Source: Methanothermobacter thermautotrophicus str. Delta H (GTDB taxonomy: Archaea > Methanobacteriota > Methanobacteria > Methanobacteriales > Methanothermobacteraceae). From it: DNA of 32,000 nucleotides. The stretch spans positions 1,500,001 to 1,532,000 of the forward strand of contig NC_000916.1 of NCBI RefSeq assembly GCF_000008645.1, written 5' to 3'. Position numbers and translations under genes: made by a program. Below, in pieces: positions 10,882 to 18,388 of the stretch (within the stretch, counting starts at the first letter, position 1; every line of letters starts with the position of its first letter). The notes below the pieces were generated by a model. That model was not told the DNA's origin, searched no databases, and saw only the letters and a list, made by a program, of their open reading frames with translations.

Positions 10882-12558
10882 TCAGCTAAGTCGCCTTGAC
10901 TTTATTATGGATACTATGAGTGCGAGGGCTATCAGAAAACTCACAGCAAAACCGAATATCCCGAGGAAGGGGAACTTCTCGAGTATGAGGGCCTCCCGGG
11001 GGATCGTGACCAGCGATGAACCTATTATGAGTGCCGATACGAGCATGGCAACCGATATCCTGTTGGTCGACCGTTCAATCCGCACCGATATCTCGTCAAG
11101 GTTCCGGTGTTCCAGTTCCATCTTCAATTTACCCTCCTCCAGCTTCTGGAGGGCGCTTATCAGGCCACGGGGGAGATCATTCATTATGTGCTCCAGTTCA
11201 ATGATGGCCGCGGGCACCTCATCAAGGTTCCTCAGGGGGTTGAGCCGGTTTCTTATCAGTTTATGGGTCATCTCCCATGCAACCGCAAGGCCATTGAACC
11301 TTGGATCAAGCCTCTCACCCAGGTCCTCTGCCATGCTCATGACCCTTGCAAGCAGCACGAAGTCACGGGGTATCCTTATCCTGTGCCTCCTTATCATACC
11401 AGGCATTGTGAACTCTGTGAGTATCTCCCCAACCTTCCTGACATCGGCACCGTAATAGCGGTCAAGGAGGTCTATTATGTCATACTTGACCTCCTCAAGG
11501 TCTGTCTCCTCTGTCAGGATGTTCATGTACCTCAGCTGGTTAACTATACCGTTAACATCATAGTTCATAAGGAGTATGAAAAGCTCTGCCAGTCTGTCCC
11601 TGAATGAACGATCAAGATGTCCCATCATCCCAAAATCGAGGAAACAGAGGACATTTCCCTTCTGGACGAGAATATTGCCGGGGTGGGGGTCCGCATGGAA
11701 GAACCCATGTATGAATATCTGTTTAAAGTAACACCTGGCACCCCTCTCGGCTATCACCCGTGCATTGAATTTTATATCTGACTTTAAAATGTCTGTGAGC
11801 TTAACACCGTCCACATACTCCATGGTGAGTACCCTGCCTGTTGAGTACTCCCTGTAAACGTAGGGCGCGTAAACGGTCTCATCATCCATGAACATTGCAC
11901 GGAATCTCTCCACATTGTTGGCTTCCTGGTGGTAGTCCAGTTCCTTTCTGATGGCCCTCTCGAATTCAGCCACTATCCCTGGCAGGTTGTAGTACCTCAA
12001 ACCGGGGACCCTGTCATTGGCAAGCTTTGCAAGGTACTTCATCAGGATTATGTCGCTCTTCACGGTGTCGGCTATGCCCGGGCGCTGGACCTTCACAGCA
12101 ACAGCATCACCATTCCTTAGACGGGCCCTGTGGACCTGTCCTATTGATGCCGATGCCACTGGTTCCTCCTGAAATTCAGCGAAAACTTCCTCCATGGGAA
12201 CTCCGAGTTCAGATTCCAGGACCCTCTTCACATCCTCAAAGGGGAACGGTGGAGCCTCGTCCTGAAGCTTGGCCAGCTCCTCAGCCACCTCCCTACCCAC
12301 AAGGTCTGCCCTTGTGCTCAGGACCTGCCCCAGTTTTATGAAGGTTGTTCCAAGTTCCTCAAGAACCAGCCTGAGACGTACATGGGCGGGTTCATGTACC
12401 TCCTCAGGGCTCTTTATATATAATTTAAGGGTCTCGAAGAGTCTGTTTTTAAGGCCAACCGCCTCAAGGATGTTCCCGAAGTGGTACTTGGTCATGACCC
12501 TTATGATCTCCCTGAGGCGACCCATGTCCGGCCTGTTATTATAGGGGCCTATGTTCAT
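10882..12558 (-). CDS. ABC1/UbiB (AarF) atypical protein kinase family protein with C-terminal TM helices
   Basis: ASASIGQVHRARL, the HADPHPGNIL catalytic loop and FLDFGMMG (DFG-like) are classic ABC1 motifs. The ATG at 12558 was preferred over the GTG at 12567. Confidence 0.9.
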   Translation of the reverse strand: MNIGPYNNRPDMGRLREIIRVMTKYHFGNILEAVGLKNRLFETLKLYIKSPEEVHEPAHVRLRLVLEELGTTFIKLGQVLSTRADLVGREVAEELAKLQDEAPPFPFEDVKRVLESELGVPMEEVFAEFQEEPVASASIGQVHRARLRNGDAVAVKVQRPGIADTVKSDIILMKYLAKLANDRVPGLRYYNLPGIVAEFERAIRKELDYHQEANNVERFRAMFMDDETVYAPYVYREYSTGRVLTMEYVDGVKLTDILKSDIKFNARVIAERGARCYFKQIFIHGFFHADPHPGNILVQKGNVLCFLDFGMMGHLDRSFRDRLAELFILLMNYDVNGIVNQLRYMNILTEETDLEEVKYDIIDLLDRYYGADVRKVGEILTEFTMPGMIRRHRIRIPRDFVLLARVMSMAEDLGERLDPRFNGLAVAWEMTHKLIRNRLNPLRNLDEVPAAIIELEHIMNDLPRGLISALQKLEEGKLKMELEHRNLDEISVRIERSTNRISVAMLVSALIIGSSLVTIPREALILEKFPFLGIFGFAVSFLIALALIVSIIKSRRLS

Positions 12559-12660
12559 ATTAATCACTTATTTAATGTATAATATTTAAATCTACTTTAA
12601 GACGATCGTTTTTGCACTGAGATTTTTTCACAGATCATGTTTATAGAGCTGGTGATGATA

Positions 12661-13706
12661 ATGAAGGCACTTTTCACGGTAACAGGTCGCGGAATGGGAG
12701 GAGACGCCATAACGGCCCTTAATATAGCCGGTGCACTTGAAAGGAGAGGATTTGAATGTGAATTCGCACTTGACCACAGCGCACCGGGGATACTCTTCAG
12801 GAAGAGGGGCATTGAATGGCACCGCGTGAGGATACCCCAGGCAGGTGGCCATGCAGCAAGCAAAGCTAAACTCCTCTCTGCAGCACTCAGAACCACCCGG
12901 GCGATCTATGAGACCTGGAGGCTCATAAGATGCATCCGGCCAGACGTGGTTGTAGGTGTAATAGGGGGAGGAGCCGTTGTGGGGTGCCTGGCAGCAAAGA
13001 TTGCAGGCGTCCCTGCAGTGGGGGTCCTGAATACACCCACCGATTCAAAGGTCTGCACCCGGCTTAACAGGAACGTGGCCCTGCCCGAGTCAGACCTCTT
13101 CGGCAGGGACATTGAGGGTGTTGAAAGCATATACTATCCAATGAGCCCCGATATAACTCTTGGCGACCCTGAAATTGCCTGCAGGAGGATGCCCCCCCAG
13201 TTTGACCCTGACAGACCGACCATAGTCATTTCATCGGGATCATCCCTCTTTAAGGCGATGGCTGAGGCCGCATCGAGGCTGGCGAATTCAGGCATGGAGG
13301 CGAACATTACGGTGCTGGACCACCCCTCAGGGATGAGTATCTCAAGATAATCGACCATGAGGGGATAATAAACCTGGGCTACATTGACTGGGTGAAGGAC
13401 CTCTACAGCATCGCTGACCTGGCTGTACTCTCGGATGATGGTGTGATGGTCCATGAGGCCATCGCACTGGGGGTCCCTGTTGTGGCACTGAGGGGTGTCA
13501 AGTATGGAAGGTACCACAATATGGGGGCTGTATTCAGGGGCGCGGTCCTTGAGGCTGACCCTGAGGATATCGTGGAGGCTGTTTCAGCAGCACTTGAGAG
13601 GTCAGATGAGCTCCGGAGGGCTGCCAGAAAGTACAGTGGGGACGTGATGGTGGCTGCAGATAGGATTGCGGAGATCATAGAGGAGGAGGCATGCCGCAGA
13701 CAGTAA
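12661..13706 (+). pseudogene. GT-B glycosyltransferase, MurG/GT28-like, split by a 1-nt frame change
   Basis: The N-terminal domain is in frame 1 (track 12637..13350; likely start MKALFTVTGRGMGGD at 12661). The C-terminal domain continues in frame 3 from about 13326 (...LRDEYLKIIDHEGIINLGYIDWVKDLYSIADLAVLSDDGVMVHEAIALGVPVVAL...) to 13706. The two frames join at C-run 13323-13326. The joined product has the MurG-like layout (TIVISSGSS ... G.P...). Confidence 0.7.
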
Positions 13707-13729
13707 CCTTCAGGGTGCCACTGACTGCT

Positions 13730-15013
13730 TCAGTACCTTGAAAGGAACCTCATGAGCTTGTATATGGAATCCGTGGAGGGGTGGGTCTCAACGAAGCCCT
13801 CAAACTCATACATGGACACACCGAGCCTCATCAGGAGGGAGAGGTAGGGCATGATGAGCCTTGCACCGGGCGCAACCGAGTATATACCTGAGGGGGTGCC
13901 ATCATCAAGGATTCTGACCTTGCTGATCCCTGTTTTACCATTATTAACTCCCCAGAATGACCCCGGTCCTGCAAGGCCGGGTATCACGGCTTCCCTCCCA
14001 CCCTCACCGGGAATATCCACGAATCCGACATCGTATCTGAGGGAGATTGAGTAGGGGAGGTAACGGTAATCAACCCTCCTCTCAATACCGGCGGCGTTGA
14101 GCCCCGCCACCACCCCCTCCATCCTTGCAACGGGTGTTGTTCCATGGCCCCCTGTAACATCACCGGCGGCATATACATTCTGACGTGAGGTCTCCATACG
14201 GTCATTCACCTTAACTCCTCCGCGGGGTCCCAGTTCAAGGAACCCCTTCAGGAAATCCGAATTTGGTCTGAGACCCGTTGCAAGCATTGGGAGGCCCTCT
14301 ATGTAGCCTCCAGACGTCTGAACACCTGATCCATCTATTTCTGTGGTTGATGTATCCTCCAGTATTCTGACATCGCTGAGGACCTTTTCTGAAACATAGT
14401 CCCTTATCAGGGGGTCCAGTTTACTGAGAAAACCGCTTCTTGATACTACCGTGACCTCTGATCCGAAGGAAGAGAATATGCCTGCAAATTCAGCTGCTAT
14501 AACTCCTCCACCTATTATAACGAGCTTGTCAGGGATTCCGTCGAGGTCGAGGATGTCCCGGTATGTTATGGCTTTGCTGGCGCCTTCAATGGGGGGTATG
14601 AGGGGAGATGCTCCGGTTGCGATTATGAGTCTGTCATAGTCCATCTCCTCCCCCTCAACGAGGAGCCTATCATCCTCAAACTCCGCCACACCGTACACTA
14701 TTTCAATACCGGCATCCAGGGTCTCCCTCTCGGTGACATGCCTTATACGTTCAAGGGTCCTCTTCACACCCCCGGCTATGCGGCGGTAGTCTGCTGAGCA
14801 TTCAACATCCAGCACCCCAAGATCACTGAGCTGCCGGGCATCATCAAGGAACCTTGCAACGTCATTGAGGCCACATACAACCATACAGCCCTCGTTCAGG
14901 CATGTCCCACCAATCAGTTTCTTTTCAACAAGTATTACGTCCATGTCGAGGGCTGCGAGCTCCATTGCAGCGGCCCTTCCAGCTGGCCCTCCCCCTATCA
15001 CAACACATCGCAT
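13730..15013 (-). CDS. FAD-dependent pyridine nucleotide-disulfide oxidoreductase (dihydrolipoamide dehydrogenase-like, class I)
   Basis: VVIGGGPAG FAD motif, GGTCLNEGC redox-active CxxxxC, a second Rossmann motif (VIIGGGVIAAEF) and a GD motif (YAAGDV). The ATG at 15013 follows a GGTG SD. The track start is 15025. Confidence 0.85.
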   Translation of the reverse strand: MRCVVIGGGPAGRAAAMELAALDMDVILVEKKLIGGTCLNEGCMVVCGLNDVARFLDDARQLSDLGVLDVECSADYRRIAGGVKRTLERIRHVTERETLDAGIEIVYGVAEFEDDRLLVEGEEMDYDRLIIATGASPLIPPIEGASKAITYRDILDLDGIPDKLVIIGGGVIAAEFAGIFSSFGSEVTVVSRSGFLSKLDPLIRDYVSEKVLSDVRILEDTSTTEIDGSGVQTSGGYIEGLPMLATGLRPNSDFLKGFLELGPRGGVKVNDRMETSRQNVYAAGDVTGGHGTTPVARMEGVVAGLNAAGIERRVDYRYLPYSISLRYDVGFVDIPGEGGREAVIPGLAGPGSFWGVNNGKTGISKVRILDDGTPSGIYSVAPGARLIMPYLSLLMRLGVSMYEFEGFVETHPSTDSIYKLMRFLSRY

Positions 15014-15135
15014 ATCAGACACCATGGTATTAATTCAATGGCATTGTTTCCCACAAATCTTTATATGTGACGGATCTTTATCTAAACATTAGTGTATTCT
15101 GACTTTAATCCTATTAATTTGGAGAGGGTTATTGA

Positions 15136-15384
15136 ATGTGTATTGCAGCACCTGCTCAGATTATTGAAATTGATAGTGAGGATAACATTGCCACCGTTGA
15201 CTTCGGTGGTGTGAGGCAACAGGTCAAACTTGACCTTGTGGATGATGTTGAGGAGGGCAAGTATGTTCTTGTTCACTCAGGCTACGCCATTGAGGTGATG
15301 TCTGATGAGGCGGCAAGGGAGTCCCTTGAAGCCTGGGATGAACTTCTGAAGGCCCTCGAAGAGGAGGACAGCCTGGAGCTGTGA
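15136..15384 (+). CDS. hypC: [NiFe]-hydrogenase maturation chaperone, HypC/HybG/HupF family
   Basis: An 82-aa protein beginning MCIAAP (the conserved N-terminal Cys motif), with an OB-fold-like core and an acidic tail. A GGAGAGGG SD is present. Confidence 0.9.
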   Translation: MCIAAPAQIIEIDSEDNIATVDFGGVRQQVKLDLVDDVEEGKYVLVHSGYAIEVMSDEAARESLEAWDELLKALEEEDSLEL

Positions 15385-15403
15385 TGCTAACAGTTCCATT
15401 CAT

Positions 15404-15416
15404 TTATTTTTCTTTG
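15404..15416 (+). terminator. T-rich tract downstream of hypC (archaeal oligo-T type)
   Basis: TTATTTTTCTTT begins about 20 nt after the hypC stop. It is followed by a small TTTCGG/CCGAAA hairpin at 15422-15438. Confidence 0.35.
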
Positions 15417-15714
15417 ATTGGTTTCGGAAAAGCCGAAAATAAAGAATTTAAGAAAAATAGGGTTTTTTCATTTTTCACGTGGTATACCATGATTTCTGCG
15501 GATTCCTATCTGTGATTTCTGATGTGGGTATGTCTATCATGAGTATTATAGGGGGATAATATCCCCAGTATCCATTGTATGTCCTCATGATGCTATCCTC
15601 TATAGCTTAAAGGCCTGGGATCCCACTGGCTCCACTCACTCTTATGAAGACTATGTTGTTTGGGATAGTCCACCTCTCATCATTTATACGGTTTTAAGCT
15701 TTGATTTTCATGTT

Positions 15715-16134
15715 TCACGCAGGCGCTTGCCTTATTATCATAGTGCTATACAGAAGACACATTAGAGCAACCACCATGAAACCAATCATTGTAGTTGTAA
15801 ATATACTTTCTTCAAGAGGAACCTTTGAGGTTAAAGAAATTAACAAACCCAAAAAATTGAACCCCACTGTAACTAAAACACTAATTAAAAGTTTTTCGGG
15901 CGATTTTCTAATATTAATATGAACGTAAGTTCCTTTTCCTTTCATCCAACCCAAAATAGCCTCTATTAAACCTAGTGTCATACCTACAACAAATATATCT
16001 AGTAATATTATCCACGAACTTATGGCACTTTTTGGCGGCATCAGTCCAGTACCTTCCATATACCCTGTAAGAGAGATAATGGTAGTTATTATGAATGCTA
16101 TCAGTAAGCTGATTATAATTGGTTTATTTTCCAT
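15715..16134 (-). CDS. 4-TM membrane protein (candidate immunity partner of the orphan tail)
   Basis: 139-aa hydrophobic ORF with a strong GGGAGGGT SD 5 nt before ATG 16134. It lies immediately downstream of the orphan peptidase fragment. No similarity to the 121-aa membrane protein at 16720..17085 is visible. Confidence 0.6.
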   Translation of the reverse strand: MENKPIIISLLIAFIITTIISLTGYMEGTGLMPPKSAISSWIILLDIFVVGMTLGLIEAILGWMKGKGTYVHINIRKSPEKLLISVLVTVGFNFLGLLISLTSKVPLEESIFTTTMIGFMVVALMCLLYSTMIIRQAPA

Positions 16135-16204
16135 TTAGTACCCTCCCGTTATTTAATTTTAAAAAAATAAAATGCAATAGACGTCTTTTTACATGTGTAT
16201 TTGT

Positions 16205-16723
16205 CTAGGCATCGTATTCTATATAATGGATCCTGTGGTCTTTCCCGATATAAGCTCTCACTTTTTTGAACGGAGGATGATAAGCAATGTAACACCAGTA
16301 CTTTTTTGGCACGTATTTATTCCTAACTGAAATGATTATTGTACCTATTGTAACAGGCGCTAGGAATTGCCAGCACTTACCTTTAATGTTCTTCATTTCC
16401 TCATCAGTCAGAGTTCTGTTGTCTGCCTGCACATCAGAGGCGGTATCTGTCAGGTTATTTATGGAGTCTGATGAGTTTGTATTCTTGTTGCTTTGATCTG
16501 TAGTTTCGTTGACCTGTGGATTATTGGGATCCTTTATAACCAGTGTATATCCGCTATAAATCTCAGCGAACTCTTCTATATTCATTTCGATGTTCCCGAG
16601 GCTTGGATCTGCGAGTTTGACCGTGTCATTGGTGATTTCATTTATTACGGTGTAGTGTCCCGTGCCGTCTTGATGGTATCTTCTGGTGTCATTGATGTTG
16701 TGGTGGGGTCTGCGGAAACTCAA
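16205..16723 (-). CDS. 5'-truncated paralog ('orphan') of the C39-like peptidase gene with an alternative 56-aa C-terminal tail; may not be independently expressed
   Basis: Residues DGTGHYTVINEIT...TDEEMKNIKGK are nearly identical to the 17132..18097 product, then diverge into CWQFLAPVTIGTIIISV...VRAYIGKDHRIHYIEYDA. It lacks the signal peptide, catalytic Cys, an SD and an ATG; the track start is a TTG overlapping the upstream stop. Confidence 0.55.
   Translation of the reverse strand: MSFRRPHHNINDTRRYHQDGTGHYTVINEITNDTVKLADPSLGNIEMNIEEFAEIYSGYTLVIKDPNNPQVNETTDQSNKNTNSSDSINNLTDTASDVQADNRTLTDEEMKNIKGKCWQFLAPVTIGTIIISVRNKYVPKKYWCYIAYHPPFKKVRAYIGKDHRIHYIEYDA
16377..16679. repeat. Direct repeat, copy A (303 bp), paired with 17376-17679
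   Basis: Hand alignment against 17376-17679 gives 6 mismatches and one 1-nt indel (at 16669/17669), about 98% identity. The identical antisense ORF N-termini in the track (16493.. and 17492..) show the same repeat. Confidence 0.95.
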
Positions 16724-17085
16724 AGGGATTTTGATCTAGCTTTCGATATAACCTTGTCTATCATGGATCCTAATGTCATCAGTATTAGGACCATGAAAAA
16801 GTATCCAATTAAGGCTATTAAAAAGAGTCCCCCATGAGCAGATAGTAGTGTCCAGGTTGATGAAATATTGTGGTGAATCATCGATCCAAGTAATCCTCCC
16901 AGTAATCCTATGAATAAAGATACTATGGCTGTTATAATCATGTTAACCTCTTTTTCTTCCATCTTACTGAAATGCGCGATAAATAATCCTGCCAGGATAA
17001 CAAAGGACAATGCTAGAGGGAATGCCACTATCAAGGAGATGAGAAGCATTGACAAACCAATTAGCAGGACATATGCCCGTTTCAT
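16720..17085 (-). CDS. 4-TM membrane protein (candidate immunity partner of the full-length peptidase tail)
   Basis: 121-aa hydrophobic ORF with a GGAGGT SD 9 nt before ATG 17085. It starts 46 nt downstream of the peptidase gene stop on the same strand. Confidence 0.6.
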   Translation of the reverse strand: MKRAYVLLIGLSMLLISLIVAFPLALSFVILAGLFIAHFSKMEEKEVNMIITAIVSLFIGLLGGLLGSMIHHNISSTWTLLSAHGGLFLIALIGYFFMVLILMTLGSMIDKVISKARSKSL

Positions 17086-17131
17086 TTTTCACATACCTCC
17101 GAATGATACTCATATTCCACACTTAATTTCT

Positions 17132-18097
17132 TCATGCCGCATACCTATATCCCACGCGCCGATACCAATCCATATAGCGATCACCATAAGTCTTACAGCG
17201 AGCATAATAATAGTCAAAGCCATCAACATCCAGCGTACAAGCACAGCGCACCATTTGGGCTGTATAAGAGACTATATGGAATCCATAATAGGCACGGACA
17301 CGCACAGGATACCAACCATGCCAATGATAAGAATACCGCCACTTCCATGGATGCCAATGTTTATGTCTCCATTTTTTACCTTTAATGTTCTTCATTTCCT
17401 CATCAGTCAGAGTTCTGTTGTCTGCCTGCACATCAGAGGCGGTATCTGTCAGGTTATTTATGGGTTCTGATGAGTTTGTATTCTTGTTGCTTTGATCTGT
17501 AGTTTCGTTGACCTGTGGATTATTGGGATCCTTTATAACCAGTGTATATCCGCTATAAATCTCAGCGAACTCTTCTATATTCATTTCGATGTTCCCGAGG
17601 CTTGGATCTGCGAGTTTGATGGTGTCATTGGTGATTTCGTTTATTACGGTGTAGTGTCCGGTGCCGTCATTGATGGTATAGGCGATCATGTTTTCTTTGA
17701 GTTCAGATATGTTTAGTTTCATGCCGGTTGCGTTCATTCCCTTGGCCCTGCTGGCTTCCAGGAGGCCCTGCATGGTGGTCCCTTCTTCGGTTGTTCCGGC
17801 AAGGCCTGCGAGTTCATCCTCTGTGGTGTTCACTCCGAGTCTCTGGAGGACGGTGGCGAGTGCTGCGGGTCCGCAGGTGTAGTTCCTTGTCTGGAGGACC
17901 ACACCCTCAGAATCCACTGTAACATTATGGGGCAGCGCACCCGTTACATCATCCCCCTGTGCTTCAAGGACTGTACAGTTGTCTGCGCAGGCCGTGTCGT
18001 CCAGTGTGGAGTTGTCTGCAGCGGCTGAAGAGTTAACAGACACCGCGAGGAGGAGCACGACCAGCAACATGACATAAAAACCTCTCACTTTGGACAC
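17132..18097 (-). CDS. Secreted C39-like (papain-fold) cysteine peptidase with an Asn/Thr-rich linker and an 80-aa Trp/His/Tyr/Arg-rich C-terminal tail
   Basis: Signal peptide (VMLLVVLLLAVSVNSSAAA). Peptidase motifs Q-x5-NYTCGPAALATVL (Cys), GHYTVI (His) and LADPSLG (Asp). The tail begins KWRHKHWHPWKWRYSYHWHGWYP... The start is GTG at 18097 or GTG at 18088; GGGGTG precedes both. Confidence 0.75.
   Translation of the reverse strand: MSKVRGFYVMLLVVLLLAVSVNSSAAADNSTLDDTACADNCTVLEAQGDDVTGALPHNVTVDSEGVVLQTRNYTCGPAALATVLQRLGVNTTEDELAGLAGTTEEGTTMQGLLEASRAKGMNATGMKLNISELKENMIAYTINDGTGHYTVINEITNDTIKLADPSLGNIEMNIEEFAEIYSGYTLVIKDPNNPQVNETTDQSNKNTNSSEPINNLTDTASDVQADNRTLTDEEMKNIKGKKWRHKHWHPWKWRYSYHWHGWYPVRVRAYYGFHIVSYTAQMVRCACTLDVDGFDYYYARCKTYGDRYMDWYRRVGYRYAA
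17376..17679. repeat. Direct repeat, copy B (304 bp), paired with 16377-16679
   Basis: See copy A. It covers the distal part of the peptidase domain plus the linker of the full-length gene and ends exactly at the ...KNIKGK / tail junction. Confidence 0.95.
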
Positions 18098-18388
18098 CCC
18101 TATTAACTGATAATAATTCTATACAAAAAACTCATATATATATTACGGATCAGCAATGACTTATTACGTTGGTTGAAGGCAGTAGGGTGCTGGGATTAAA
18201 AAATCACGCATACTTTAAAAATGGATAAAATGTCTGAGAGTGTCACGCTTCAAGGCATTGAGCTGATCAGGGATCATGTTAATCCATGAAATACTTCAGA
18301 TAATGATATTCCGCCATTTAACTAGATTTATCATGGATTTTAAGGCTATTGCATGGTGCGCCCTGTTTTTTCTCCACAATCAATGATC

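Noticed and set aside
16493-17716. Two plus-strand ORFs with identical N-termini (MICSFVDLWIIGILYNQC...)
   Set aside because: They are the antisense reading of the 300-bp direct repeat inside the peptidase genes. The minus-strand genes have SDs, a signal peptide and catalytic motifs.
18221-18289. Small plus-strand ORF MDKMSESVTLQGIELIRDHVNP in the islet/trpY spacer, with a downstream T7 run at about 18365
   Set aside because: It has only 22 codons, no SD and no recognisable family, so it cannot be supported from sequence alone.
15385-18388. Calling the AT-rich islet a mobile element or prophage remnant
   Set aside because: I could find no integrase, transposase, terminal inverted repeats or flanking direct repeats at the borders, and it is not adjacent to a tRNA gene. 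Only compositional evidence for foreign origin exists.
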